Positions 1 to 10,078 are shown, numbered from the stretch's first letter. The stretch: DNA of 64,000 nucleotides from an uncultured Chloroflexia bacterium (GCA_963752475.1 CAVVYR010000019.1:1-64000), one strand, 5' to 3'. Notes: generated by a model from the sequence alone, not told the origin. A program made the numbers and translations.

Positions 1-358
1 GCGGATGCTGCAGGCGGAGCTCAGCGCGGACGAGTTCGCTCACTACTCCGAAGTCGTGCCAACGCCGGAGTCACGCGCGGGCATCGCAGAGTTCCCTAGG
101 CAGATCCGCGCCGCCCGGTCGTGGCTCACCGAGCTGGAGCAGCGAGTGAAGGCGACGTTGACCGACCGGCCGATCGTGTTGGTGCAGGGCCAGAAGGACC
201 CGGCCTTCGGCAGCAAGCGGAGCCTGGATCGCTGGCGCTCCACGTTCCCCGATCACCGTCTCGTGTTGCTCCCCGAGGCTGGCCACTACATCCAGGAAGA
301 TGCTCCCGAGCCCATCGTGGAGGCCATCATCGACCGGTTCGACACCGCCGACGGATAG
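1..358 (+). CDS. alpha/beta-fold hydrolase (haloalkane dehalogenase-like), 5'-truncated
   Basis: C-terminal motifs QGQKDPAFG and AGHYIQEDAPE; frame open to the window edge. Confidence 0.8.
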   Translation, partial: RMLQAELSADEFAHYSEVVPTPESRAGIAEFPRQIRAARSWLTELEQRVKATLTDRPIVLVQGQKDPAFGSKRSLDRWRSTFPDHRLVLLPEAGHYIQEDAPEPIVEAIIDRFDTADG

Positions 359-378
359 GTCGGCCGCCGACATGAGAA

Positions 379-411
379 ACCGGCGGCCGAGTGGGGGACT
401 CGACCGCCGGT
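379..411 (-). terminator. probable intrinsic terminator between convergent genes
   Basis: 14-bp stem ACCGGCGGCCGAGT/ACTCGACCGCCGGT, followed by T-rich bases on the minus strand. Confidence 0.55.
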
Positions 412-441
412 CAGAGGAGGAGGACTGACTCAGAGGTGTCG

Positions 442-1773
442 CTAGCCGAGCGGCACCTGGTTGCGGAAGCCGTCCGCGTCCTCGAGGCGACGCTTGACGG
501 CATTGACGAACTCGGCACCCATGGCGCCGTCCACGATGCGGTGGTCGGCGGTGAGGGTGATGCGCATCATCTTGCGGATGGCCATGCCACCGGCGTAGGG
601 GCGGACCTCCTCGACCACGCTCGACACCGCGAGGATGCCGGCCTCGCCGGGGTTGATGATGGCCGTGAACTGCTCGACGCCGAACATGCCCATGTTGCTG
701 ACCGAGAAGGTCGAACCAGTGAGCAGGTCGAGCGCGAGCGAGCCATCGCGGGCCGCGACGACCGTCTCGGCGGTCTTGTCGTGGAGGCCCTTGACGCTGA
801 GCATGTCGGCCTCGCGGACGACCGGCACCAGCAGGCCGTCGGGAACGGACACGGCCACACCGAGGTGGACGTGCTCGTGCTTCCAGACCTTCACGCCGTC
901 GGTGGAGGCGTTGAGCATGGGGAACTCGCCCAGTGCCTGGACCACGGCCACGTGGACGAAGTCGGTGACGCTGATCTTCGATCCGGCGGCCTTGAGCTGT
1001 GCTCGATAGCCGAACAGGTCGGTCATGTCGACGGCCTGCGTGACCGTGAAGGTGGGCACCGAGGTGTTTTCGGTCAGCCGCCTGGCGATGGTCTGGCGCA
1101 TGCGACTCATGGTCTCGCCCTCGCCCGTCACGTTCGTCGGTGCCGGCGGAGCGGCGACCGGTGCGGCCGGGGCAGGGGAGGCGGGCGCCGGCGCGGCAGC
1201 GGCGGGCGCACTGGCCTGAGCGGCGACGCCACCCTCTGCTGCGGCTCGCACGTCACGCTCGACGATGCGGCCGCCGGGGCCGGTGCCGTGCACCGAACGG
1301 GGGTCGACCCCGAGCTCGGCGGCGACGCGGCTGGCACGCGGGCTGATCTTGAGCTTGCCGTCGCCCGCCGGAGCGGGCGTAGCAGCACGCTCCTGCATGG
1401 GCGGGGTCTCGGGCGCGGACGGTGCCGCCGGGGCCTCGACAGCCGCAGGCGCTGCCGGAGCGGCCTCGGGCTCGGGTGCCGGAGCCGCCGCCGGTGCAGC
1501 GCCGCCCGCAGCCTCAGGCTCGGGCAGCTCCTCGCCGGGCTTGCCGATCCAGGCCACGATCGACTCGACCGGCACCGTCGCCCCTTCGGGCGCATCGATG
1601 CGCAGCAGCGCGCCCTCGTCGAAGGCCTCGATCTCCATGTTCGACTTGTCGGTCTCGATCTCGAAGAGCGGGTCGCCCTTGGAGACCGTCTCGCCCTCGG
1701 CCTTGAACCACTGGAGCACGGTGCACTCCTCGGTCATCTGGCCGGGCATCGGCATGCGGATGGGAACGGCCAT
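442..1773 (-). CDS. dihydrolipoamide acyltransferase (E2) of a 2-oxoacid dehydrogenase complex
   Basis: lipoyl motif ETDKS, Ala/Pro linker, E3-binding motif GTGPGGRI, catalytic DHRIVDG. Confidence 0.95.
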   Translation of the reverse strand: MAVPIRMPMPGQMTEECTVLQWFKAEGETVSKGDPLFEIETDKSNMEIEAFDEGALLRIDAPEGATVPVESIVAWIGKPGEELPEPEAAGGAAPAAAPAPEPEAAPAAPAAVEAPAAPSAPETPPMQERAATPAPAGDGKLKISPRASRVAAELGVDPRSVHGTGPGGRIVERDVRAAAEGGVAAQASAPAAAAPAPASPAPAAPVAAPPAPTNVTGEGETMSRMRQTIARRLTENTSVPTFTVTQAVDMTDLFGYRAQLKAAGSKISVTDFVHVAVVQALGEFPMLNASTDGVKVWKHEHVHLGVAVSVPDGLLVPVVREADMLSVKGLHDKTAETVVAARDGSLALDLLTGSTFSVSNMGMFGVEQFTAIINPGEAGILAVSSVVEEVRPYAGGMAIRKMMRITLTADHRIVDGAMGAEFVNAVKRRLEDADGFRNQVPLG

Positions 1774-4073
1774 CAGATGAGCCCCTTCACAGCGTTGGCG
1801 ATGTCGTCGGCGCCCGGCAGGAAGGCCGCCTCGAGACCCTCGGCCTGCGGGCTGATGCCGTTGGCGGCACCGATGCGAGCGACCGGACCGTCGAGATCAT
1901 CGAAGGCCTCGTTGACCACGCGGGCCACGACCTCGTTGACGTAGCTGCCCGAGAGGATGGCCTGGGCGGCGACGACGCAGCGACCGGTCTTGGCCACCGA
2001 GGCCAGCACCGGCTCCATGTCCAGCGGCACCAGCGTGCGCAGATCGATGACGTCGCACTCGACGCCATCGGCCGCAAGCTGATCGGCGGCCTTGAGCGCA
2101 TCGGGCACGGCCGGGCCCCAGGCCACGATGGTGGCATCGCCACCCTCGCGCACGACCGCGGACTTGCCCAGCGGGACCGTGTACTCACCGTCGGGCACCG
2201 GACCACGCGCGGCGTACAGGCCCTGGCTCTCGCAGAAGAGCACCGGGTCGTCGGAGCGGATGGCCGACTTGAGCATGCCCTTGGCATCCTCGGCGGTCGA
2301 GGGGTAGGCCACGACCAGGCCGGGCAGGTGCGTGAAGAGCGACTCGAGCGACTGGCTGTGCTGGCCGCCGTAGCCCTTGCCGGCACCGACCGAGCAGCGG
2401 ATGACCATCGGGATGGTGGTCTGGCCGCCGCTCATGAAGTGCCACTTGCCGGCCTGGTTGGCGATCTGGTCTGACGCCATCAGCGCGAAGTCCATGTACA
2501 TCAGCTCGACCACCGGGCGAAGTCCGGCCATGGCCGCACCGACGCCGGTGCCGATGATGGCGGCCTCGGAGATGGGGGTGTTGAATACACGGTCTCGGCC
2601 GAAGCGCTCCATCAGGCCCTTGCTGGCCTTGAAGGCGCCGCCGTAGTCGGCCACGTCCTCGCCGTAGAAGATGACTCGCTCGTCGCGCTCCATCTCCTCG
2701 ATCATCGCCTCACGCAAGGCGTCCTTCTGGAGCATGCCCTTGTCGGTGACCTTGGGCTCGGGCGCGTCGTCGTAGAGGGTCGGGTTCGCGAACTCAGGGG
2801 GCACGGTCTCCGAGATGGTGCCCGCGTACATGTACTTGAGCACATCCTCGGGCGCGGGGTCGGTGGCCTTGCTCGCTCGGACCGCAGCAGCGGCGTTTCG
2901 CTCGGCAGCGGCTTTCTTGACCTCGGCCAGGCCGTCCTCGTCGAGGATGCCCTCGGCGATCAGCTGTGCGCCCAGGTTCTCGATGGGGTCGACCGCCTTC
3001 CAGGCCTCTTCCTCCTCCTTGGTCCGGTACTCGTTGCGCGGATCGGAGAGGGAGTGGCCGTAGTAGCGGTAGGTGGAGGCCTCGATGAGCACCGGGCCCT
3101 CGCCGTTGCGGCAGAGCTCGGTGGCGCGGTTGACCGCGTCGCGCATGGCCAGCACGTCCATGCCGTTGACGACCTCGGCGTGCATGCCGTCCTCGGCGAA
3201 GCCGGCACCGCGGACCGCGAGGGCCTTGATGCCCATGACCTCGTCATCGGTACGGTGGGTCATGCCGTAGTGGTTGTTCTGGATGACGTAGATGACAGGG
3301 AGGCCATAGGCCTTGTCGCCCGCGAGGAAGTTCTTCCACTGGTACTGCGCAGCCCAGTTGAGCGACTCGAGCACGACGCCGTTGGCGTACGCGCCGTCGC
3401 CGGCGAAGCAGACCACGACGTCCTCGCTGCCCATGAAGCGCTTGGCCATGGCCGCGCCGGTGGCGATGGGCACCGAGCCACCGACGATGGCGTTGGCGCC
3501 GAGGTGGCCGGTGCTGAAGTCACCGATATGCATGCCACCACCGCGGCCGGCGCAGTAGCCCTCGTCCTTGCCGAAGAGCTCGGCGATGATCCTGTAGATG
3601 TGCTCCTGCAAGGCATCCGCGAGAAGGCCCTCACGGTCGGTGGCCTTGGACCAGGGCGCGCGCTCCTTGAGCTGCTCGTCGGTCATCTGGCGGATGGCGC
3701 TGAAGCCCTTGGCCACCGCGTCGCCATGGCCGCGGTGGGAGCTGGTGATGCGGTCGCTGATGCCGAGCACCGAACTGGCGCCGACGGCGGTGCCCTCCTG
3801 GCCGATGGAGACGTGCGTGGGGCCGCGGTAGGCGAAACCCTGCAGCGGCTCGTAGCCACCCGACCGGAGGCGGACGATCATCTCCTCGACCTCGCGGATC
3901 GCGAGCATGTCGTCGAGCAGGTCGATGGCCGCCTGGCCGTCAAGGTGATGGCTGCGGATCTCGTAGGCCAGGTCGCCGCTGTACCCGAAGCCCTTGACCT
4001 TCGGCGGCTGGATGGTGAACGGCTCGAACTCCGGACGCATGTCCGACTTGTAGAGCGTGCGGGTTTCTGTCAT
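1773..4073 (-). CDS. fused E1 alpha/beta TPP-dependent 2-oxoacid dehydrogenase
   Basis: HRGHG, GDGA...NNHY TPP motif and YRYYGHS in the alpha part; GEDV, NTPISE and GQHSQ in the beta part. Confidence 0.92.
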   Translation of the reverse strand: MTETRTLYKSDMRPEFEPFTIQPPKVKGFGYSGDLAYEIRSHHLDGQAAIDLLDDMLAIREVEEMIVRLRSGGYEPLQGFAYRGPTHVSIGQEGTAVGASSVLGISDRITSSHRGHGDAVAKGFSAIRQMTDEQLKERAPWSKATDREGLLADALQEHIYRIIAELFGKDEGYCAGRGGGMHIGDFSTGHLGANAIVGGSVPIATGAAMAKRFMGSEDVVVCFAGDGAYANGVVLESLNWAAQYQWKNFLAGDKAYGLPVIYVIQNNHYGMTHRTDDEVMGIKALAVRGAGFAEDGMHAEVVNGMDVLAMRDAVNRATELCRNGEGPVLIEASTYRYYGHSLSDPRNEYRTKEEEEAWKAVDPIENLGAQLIAEGILDEDGLAEVKKAAAERNAAAAVRASKATDPAPEDVLKYMYAGTISETVPPEFANPTLYDDAPEPKVTDKGMLQKDALREAMIEEMERDERVIFYGEDVADYGGAFKASKGLMERFGRDRVFNTPISEAAIIGTGVGAAMAGLRPVVELMYMDFALMASDQIANQAGKWHFMSGGQTTIPMVIRCSVGAGKGYGGQHSQSLESLFTHLPGLVVAYPSTAEDAKGMLKSAIRSDDPVLFCESQGLYAARGPVPDGEYTVPLGKSAVVREGGDATIVAWGPAVPDALKAADQLAADGVECDVIDLRTLVPLDMEPVLASVAKTGRCVVAAQAILSGSYVNEVVARVVNEAFDDLDGPVARIGAANGISPQAEGLEAAFLPGADDIANAVKGLI

Positions 4074-4082
4074 CGATCCTCC

Positions 4083-4874
4083 TCAGGCGACCAGGACGCG
4101 GACGCCGGCGTGCTCGAACGTGGCACTGGCCTCCTCGTCCAGCGCGACGTCGGTGATGACGACGTCGATCTGGTCGAGCCGGCCAGCCTTGGCGAATGAA
4201 CGGGTGCCGAGCTTGGAGCCATCCACCAGGAGCACCGCCTCGCGCGAGCGCGCGAGCACGTACTCCTTGGTGAAGGCCTCGGCGGGGTCTGTCGTGGTCA
4301 TGCCAGCGTCGAGCGAAAGGCTGAACGTGCCCACGAAGGCTTGGTCGAGATAGAGCTGATCGAGCACGGGCGTGCTCAGGGGTCCGACGAGCGCCTGGCT
4401 CAGGGCCCGCAGCTCGCCGCCGATGACGATGAGCCGGGGCCCGGCGCCGGCAAGCTCGTTGATGGCGGGCAGGGAGTTGGTGACGATGGTGATGTCGGTG
4501 CGATGGGCCAGGAGCTTGGCCAGCTCGAGGCAGGTGGATCCGGCGTCGAGGTAGATCTTGGCGTCGGCCTCGACCATGGCGGCGGCATGCTCGGCGATGC
4601 GCTGCTTCTGGGCAGGGTTGGTGGCGGCCTTGGCCTCGAAGCGGGCCTCGATCGGGCTCTCGTCGATGGCGATGGCACCGCCGTGGACGCGGCGCAGCTC
4701 ACCTTCCTCCTCCAGCTCGTGGAGGTCACGGCGGATGGTGGCGGTCGACACGCCGAGCTCTTCCTTGAGATCCTCGACGCGGACGGCATGACGCGACTTG
4801 ACGATCTGTTTGACGCGCTCACGCCGCTCTGGCGCGAACGCGATGATGCTGGTGGGTCGCTCAGAATCGCTCAT
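4083..4874 (-). CDS. DeoR/GlpR family transcriptional regulator
   Basis: VSTATIRRDL HTH, RVHGGA, LDAGST, VTNS. Confidence 0.95.
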   Translation of the reverse strand: MSDSERPTSIIAFAPERRERVKQIVKSRHAVRVEDLKEELGVSTATIRRDLHELEEEGELRRVHGGAIAIDESPIEARFEAKAATNPAQKQRIAEHAAAMVEADAKIYLDAGSTCLELAKLLAHRTDITIVTNSLPAINELAGAGPRLIVIGGELRALSQALVGPLSTPVLDQLYLDQAFVGTFSLSLDAGMTTTDPAEAFTKEYVLARSREAVLLVDGSKLGTRSFAKAGRLDQIDVVITDVALDEEASATFEHAGVRVLVA

Positions 4875-4888
4875 GAATGACTACTATT

Positions 4889-4914
4889 CGAGCACAAACG
4901 AGCAGAAACGTCAA
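4889..4914 (-). promoter_or_regulatory. candidate DeoR operator (10-bp direct repeats) beside a -35-like TTGACG
   Basis: CGAGCACAAA CGAGCAGAAA tandem directly upstream of the deoR start. Confidence 0.45.
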
Positions 4915-5135
4915 CGTGCCGGGTGGCCCGTGGGTGGCATAGGCACCCTCCGGTGCCACACATCGGGTCACCGGGCAGACCGCGCCGATCTCCAGGCCCG
5001 AGAGTCTCGCCTGCCGGGGTGACGTCCGGGCCATGGTGGAGAAGGGCGCTCGGCTGGAGAGTGGTGGCAATAGCAGGGTTCCGAGCGCACCGCGTCGTCG
5101 CTGTCGTCCTGGGCCCGACCATCGGGGGACAACTC

Positions 5136-6503
5136 ATGCGCGACCACGACCGCATCGTCATCCACAGTCTGGTGATCGGGCTCGTGCTCGCTCTCGTACT
5201 CGGCACGTTCACCGTGATCCCCGTGGCGGCTGACGATGACGAGCTCTTCGAGCGGGTGGACACGACGTATCGAGTGCTGCCCGACGAGGGTGTCGTCAGG
5301 GTCGATTCGTCGCTGCTCCTGACCAACAAGAGGAAGTCCACCACGAGCCGGGGACCCTGCAAGAACGGCCGGGGTACGTGCAAGTTCAAGAAGAGCTACT
5401 ACTACTACGGCTGGAATGCCTGGTGGACACCCCTCGACGCGCTGAACCCCACGGTCAGCGGGCCCAAGGTGAAGGCGCAGTCGGCGATGGAGGTCGGTGG
5501 CGGCCTCGCCTACGGCATCACCTACCCCAAGCTCTGGAACAAGAAGGGCGCCAAGCAGAAGGCCTCGTTCTCCTTCGACATCCCGGCCGGAACCGCCGCC
5601 AGCGGGGGTGACTCCGTGCGTATCGAGGATGGCTACGCGTACTTCTGCTACTGGGGCATGGCCGGCGACACTGGCACCACGAGGGCCATCCTGCCGCCCG
5701 GCTGGAAACCCGTAGGACGCCGCGACGACGTCGTCATCGAGCACACGTCTGAGGGCGTGGTGCTCAGGGCGAAGACCAAGAAGGACCCCTTCGAGTTCAA
5801 CCATTGCGTCGAGGCTGTCGACCCTGACCGGCTCGACCGGACCTTCGTCGCCGGCGAGGCTGGGAAGAGCCTCGTCGCCATCGAGTCGTGGCCGACCGAC
5901 CCGGACTGGGCCGAGGGCATGAGGCAGGTCGCGGCCGAAGCCCTGCCCAACCTCGAGACGATGCTGGGCTCGACCATGCCTGGCGGCGAGCTGCGCGTGC
6001 GTGAGGTCGCGACACAGACCCGGCGCTTCACCTACGGCGATGACCGCCCGATCGACGGCCTTCTCGGGATGGATGAAGACGCCGATGCTCGGATGCTGGC
6101 CGGTCGGATCGCTCGCACGTGGATCGACCCGACGCAGGTCGCGGACCGCTGGCTGGAGGAAGGACTGGTCCAGTGGCTCGCCACCCAGGCCGCCACCGAC
6201 ATCGCCTGTGGCGAAGCGGGAGAGCACCCGGGACCCGACGCGCCGGATCTCGACGCCTGGGTCGAGGTCACCTCCGGCGAGCTGGTCGAGCTTGGGAACT
6301 GGCAGAACGAGACGGCCTGCACGCTGGTGGAAACGGCCGCGGAGGTCGTCGGGCCTGCGCGCATGATCGAGCTGACCGTCGAGCTACTCGAGGCCCCGGT
6401 ACCTGTGGGCACGAGCCACTGGCTGGCCGGCGTCTCGCGCGATCTGCCCGAGGGCCTGGACACGCTCATCGCTGCCCTCGACGCCGCCGGCGTCGACCAC
6501 TAG
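5136..6503 (+). CDS. secreted hypothetical protein with a degenerate gluzincin/M1-peptidase-like C-terminal region
   Basis: GGGGGA RBS and ATG at 5136; hydrophobic signal peptide; RWLEEGL motif but no HEXXH. Confidence 0.7.
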   Translation: MRDHDRIVIHSLVIGLVLALVLGTFTVIPVAADDDELFERVDTTYRVLPDEGVVRVDSSLLLTNKRKSTTSRGPCKNGRGTCKFKKSYYYYGWNAWWTPLDALNPTVSGPKVKAQSAMEVGGGLAYGITYPKLWNKKGAKQKASFSFDIPAGTAASGGDSVRIEDGYAYFCYWGMAGDTGTTRAILPPGWKPVGRRDDVVIEHTSEGVVLRAKTKKDPFEFNHCVEAVDPDRLDRTFVAGEAGKSLVAIESWPTDPDWAEGMRQVAAEALPNLETMLGSTMPGGELRVREVATQTRRFTYGDDRPIDGLLGMDEDADARMLAGRIARTWIDPTQVADRWLEEGLVQWLATQAATDIACGEAGEHPGPDAPDLDAWVEVTSGELVELGNWQNETACTLVETAAEVVGPARMIELTVELLEAPVPVGTSHWLAGVSRDLPEGLDTLIAALDAAGVDH

Positions 6504-6732
6504 CTGAGCCGCACTTAGCAAGCCGCACTAGCTCCCGGACGTCATCCCACCCTGGCTGAACACGACACGCCGACGCGGGAAGTGCTCGGTTTCATCGCGC
6601 TCACGGCTGAGGGTGTCAGCGCGACCCCCGGGGAGGCTGAGATGCGACACCGCGGCTGCCGGCTCGTCAAGTTCAGCCATGTAGGAATGGGCTCGCCCGG
6701 CCCCGCCCCGCTCGGCGAGACGCCCACGAAGT

Positions 6733-6762
6733 AGCGGCGCCCGAAGGGGGCCGGGCGCCGCT
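6733..6762. terminator. GC-rich hairpin, probable terminator of the metF-folD-fhs-corrinoid operon
   Basis: 11-bp perfect stem AGCGGCGCCCG/CGGGCGCCGCT. Confidence 0.55.
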
Positions 6763-6807
6763 TGGAGGAGTATGCCGTTCCCGGGGCGCAGACGCCCCGG
6801 GAGTGAT

Positions 6808-7434
6808 CTAGCTCAGCAGGTCCTGGGCCACGACCGCGGCGGTGGCGGCATCCTTGGCAAAGCCGTCGGCCCCGATCTCGGCCGCGAACTCGTCGGTCAC
6901 CGGCGCGCCGCCCACGAGGATCTTGGCCTTGGGATCAGCCGCGCGCACGGCCTCGACGGCCGCCTTCATGCCCACCATCGTGGTCGTCAGCAGGGCGCTG
7001 ATGCCGACCACGTCGGCCTTGTGCTCCTTGACGCCCTCGGCGAAGGCCTCGGGGGCCACGTTGGTGCCAAGGTCGACGATGGCGAAGTTGGCGCCCTTGA
7101 GCATCATGCCCACGAGGTTCTTGCCGATGTCGTGGAGGTCGCCCTGGACGGTGCCGATGACCGCGGTGTGGGCGGGCTTCACGCCCGAGGCCGCGAGCAG
7201 CGGCTCGATGAGCGCGGTGGCCTCCTTCATCGCGTGCGCGGCGATGAGCATCTCGGGCACGTACACGCCCTCGTTGCAGGCGAACTTGCGTCCCACCTCG
7301 GTCATGGCCGCGGTCATCGAGTCGAGGATCTCGCCGGGCGCGACGTCCTCGTCGATCGCGGCCTGCGTGAGGCTCACGGCCTCAGCACGGTTGCCCGCCT
7401 CCACGGCGGCGGTCAGAGCGGAAAGGTCGGCCAT
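6808..7434 (-). CDS. corrinoid (B12-binding) methyl-carrier protein, MtaC/MttC-like
   Basis: GDLHDIGKNLV (DxHxxG), SALLTTT, VGGAP, N-terminal cap domain. Confidence 0.93.
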   Translation of the reverse strand: MADLSALTAAVEAGNRAEAVSLTQAAIDEDVAPGEILDSMTAAMTEVGRKFACNEGVYVPEMLIAAHAMKEATALIEPLLAASGVKPAHTAVIGTVQGDLHDIGKNLVGMMLKGANFAIVDLGTNVAPEAFAEGVKEHKADVVGISALLTTTMVGMKAAVEAVRAADPKAKILVGGAPVTDEFAAEIGADGFAKDAATAAVVAQDLLS

Positions 7435-7467
7435 CTTCTGGTCCCTCCTCCTACAGATGATGGTCGG

Positions 7468-9171
7468 CTAGAACAGGCCGACCGGCTTGCCGTTCTCGTC
7501 GATGTCGACGTTGTTCCCGGCGGGCTGGCTGGGCAGGCCTGGCATGGTACGCATGTCGCCTGCGAGTGGATAGATGAATCCTGCACCTGCCGCCAGTTTG
7601 ACGTCTCTGATCGGGACGCGGAAGCCGGTCGGGCGGCCCAGGAGCGTGGGGTCATGTGAGATCGACAGGTGCGTCTTGGCCATACACACCGGCAACTCAC
7701 TGTAGCCGAGCTGATCGTACAGGGCCAGCGCCTTGGTGGCCGCGGGGGCGAGATCCACGCCGTCGGCACCGTAGGCCTTGACCGCGATGGTCTCGATCTT
7801 CTCGGGCAGCGACATGTCGTCGGGGTACAGCAGCTGGAAGTCGGACTCCTCTTCGCAGGCATCCCAGACGGCCGCCGCGAGGGCTTCGGAGCCTGCGCCA
7901 CCGTCGGCCCAGTGAGTGGTCACGACAGCGTCGCGAGCGCCGGCCGCGAGGGCCACCTCGCGGATGGCCTCGAACTCCGACTCGGCATCGCCAGGGAAGG
8001 CGTTGATGGCCACGACCACGGGAACGCCGTAGCCTCGCACCATCTCGATGTGCGCGGCAAGGTTTTCGCCACCGACCCGCACGGCCTCGGGGTTCTCCTC
8101 GAGGAGCGCCGGGTCGAGCGGCTTGCCGGCCACGATCCTGCCCACGCCGCCGTGCATCTTCAGGGCCCGGACGGTGGCCACGACGACCGCGCAGTCGGGC
8201 GCCATGCCCGACGCGCGGCACTTGATGTCGAAGAACTTCTGGGCGCCCATGTCGGCGCCGAAGCCAGCCTCGGTGACGACGATGTCGGAGGTGGCCAGGG
8301 CCACGCGGTCGGCCAGGATGGAGCTGTTGCCGTGAGCGATGTTGGCGAAGGGCCCGGCATGGACGAAAGCCGGTCCACCCTCGAGCGTCTGCAGCAGGTT
8401 GGGCTTGATGGCGTCGAGCAGGAGCACGGTCATGGCGCCTGCGACCTGCAGGTCCTCTGCGGTCACAGCCGAGCCATTGCGGTCGGTGGCCATGACGATG
8501 CGTCCCAGCCGCGCCCGCAGGTCGAAGACGTCGGTGGCCAGCGCGAGGATGGCCATGACCTCCGAGGCCACGGTGATGACGAACTCGCTCTCGCGGGGCA
8601 CACCGTTGATCTTGCCGCCGAGGCCGATGTTGACCTTGCGCAGGGCGCGGTCGCTGATGTCGACGACGCGGGGCCAGCGGATGGAGAAGGGGTCGATGTC
8701 GAGCGGGTTGCCGTGGTGCAGGCTGTTGTCGAGGAAGGCGGACGCGAGGTTGTGGGCGGCACCGATGGCGTGCACGTCACCGGTGAGGTGGAGGTTGAAG
8801 TCCTCCATCGGGATGACCTGGCTGTAGCCGCCGCCGGCCGCGCCGCCCTTGATGCCGAAGACCGGCCCCAGCGACGGCTGGCGGATGGCCACCGCGGCCT
8901 TGTGACCGATGCGGTTGAGGCCCTGCACCACGCCCACGGTGGTGGTCGTCTTGCCCTCACCCAGCGGGGTCGGCGTGATGGCGGTCATGACCACGTACTT
9001 GCCGCGCGGGTTCTCCTGCTCGACACGCTCGAGGCCCTCGAGCGTGACCTTGGCCTTGGTCGTGCCGTAGGACTCGATCTCATCGGGGCGCAGGCCGAGC
9101 TCGGCGGCGATGTCGGCGATCGGCCGCGGTGTCACCGAACGGGCGATGTCGAGGTCGGTCATGGCGGTCAT
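7468..9171 (-). CDS. fhs: formate--tetrahydrofolate ligase
   Basis: TPTPLGEGKTT, GIKGGAAGGGY, HAGPFANIAHG, MPGLP; start reassigned to ATG at 9171. Confidence 0.97.
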   Translation of the reverse strand: MTAMTDLDIARSVTPRPIADIAAELGLRPDEIESYGTTKAKVTLEGLERVEQENPRGKYVVMTAITPTPLGEGKTTTTVGVVQGLNRIGHKAAVAIRQPSLGPVFGIKGGAAGGGYSQVIPMEDFNLHLTGDVHAIGAAHNLASAFLDNSLHHGNPLDIDPFSIRWPRVVDISDRALRKVNIGLGGKINGVPRESEFVITVASEVMAILALATDVFDLRARLGRIVMATDRNGSAVTAEDLQVAGAMTVLLLDAIKPNLLQTLEGGPAFVHAGPFANIAHGNSSILADRVALATSDIVVTEAGFGADMGAQKFFDIKCRASGMAPDCAVVVATVRALKMHGGVGRIVAGKPLDPALLEENPEAVRVGGENLAAHIEMVRGYGVPVVVAINAFPGDAESEFEAIREVALAAGARDAVVTTHWADGGAGSEALAAAVWDACEEESDFQLLYPDDMSLPEKIETIAVKAYGADGVDLAPAATKALALYDQLGYSELPVCMAKTHLSISHDPTLLGRPTGFRVPIRDVKLAAGAGFIYPLAGDMRTMPGLPSQPAGNNVDIDENGKPVGLF

Positions 9172-9187
9172 CGGGTGTTCTCCTGGG

Positions 9188-10078
9188 CTAGCTGGTGCGA
9201 ACCGACGGCGCGCCCACCGCGATCTGGCGGGTGGCCTGGTCGCGCGCGGCACGCATGAGGTGGGTGAGCAGGATGGCGTTGGTCAGCGGCCCCACGCCGC
9301 CGGGAACGGGGGTGATGGCGCTGGCGACTTCCGCGGCCGACTCGAAGTGCACATCGCCGACCAGCTGGTCGTCCACGACGTTGATGCCGACGTCGACGAC
9401 CACGGCCCCGTCCTTGAGCATCGAGCCGGTGACCATCTCGGCCCGGCCGATGGCCACGATGACCACGTCCGCCTCGCGCAGCACGGCCGGCAGGTCCCTG
9501 GTGCGCGAGTGGCAGGTGGTGACCGTGGCGTTCTCCCGCAGCAGCAACTGGGCGGCGGGCTTGCCGATGACGTTGGAGCGACCGACCACGACCGCGTGGG
9601 ACCCTTCCAGCTCGACACCCGAGCGCTTGAGCAGCTCGACCGAGGCATGCGCGGTGGCCGGCAGGTAGCCCTCGTAGCCGAGCGCGAGCAGGCCGGCGTT
9701 CAAGGGATGGATGCCGTCGATGTCCTTGCGCGGATCGAGTGTGTCAAGGACCACGCGCAGGGGGATGCAGTCGGGCAGGGGCTGCTGGACGATGATGCCC
9801 GCGACCCCCTGCTCGGCACCCAGGGCCTCGATGGTCCGGGCCAGCTCCGTTTCGGTGCAGTCACCCTCGAGCTCGACGAGCCGGCCGCCGATGCCGACCT
9901 TCTCGCAGCCCCTGAGGATGCGCTCGAGGTAGACCATCGACGGAGCGTCGGCCCCGGCCACCACGACGGCCAACTCGGGGGTGTAGTCGAACTCATCCTT
10001 GAAGGCGGCGACGTCGGCCGCCACGCCCTCGCGGATCTCGGCCGCGACGGGTCCACCCTTGAGCAGCTCAGCCGTCAT
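9188..10078 (-). CDS. folD: bifunctional methylene-THF dehydrogenase/cyclohydrolase
   Basis: KDIDG, VGRSNVIGKP, ITPVPGGVGPLT. Confidence 0.95.
   Translation of the reverse strand: MTAELLKGGPVAAEIREGVAADVAAFKDEFDYTPELAVVVAGADAPSMVYLERILRGCEKVGIGGRLVELEGDCTETELARTIEALGAEQGVAGIIVQQPLPDCIPLRVVLDTLDPRKDIDGIHPLNAGLLALGYEGYLPATAHASVELLKRSGVELEGSHAVVVGRSNVIGKPAAQLLLRENATVTTCHSRTRDLPAVLREADVVIVAIGRAEMVTGSMLKDGAVVVDVGINVVDDQLVGDVHFESAAEVASAITPVPGGVGPLTNAILLTHLMRAARDQATRQIAVGAPSVRTS

Noticed and set aside
391-1944. 517-aa plus-strand ORF, and similar long antisense ORFs (7669-9258, 28294-29628, 55554-58091)
   Set aside because: Shadow ORFs opposite well-supported genes, expected in high-GC DNA
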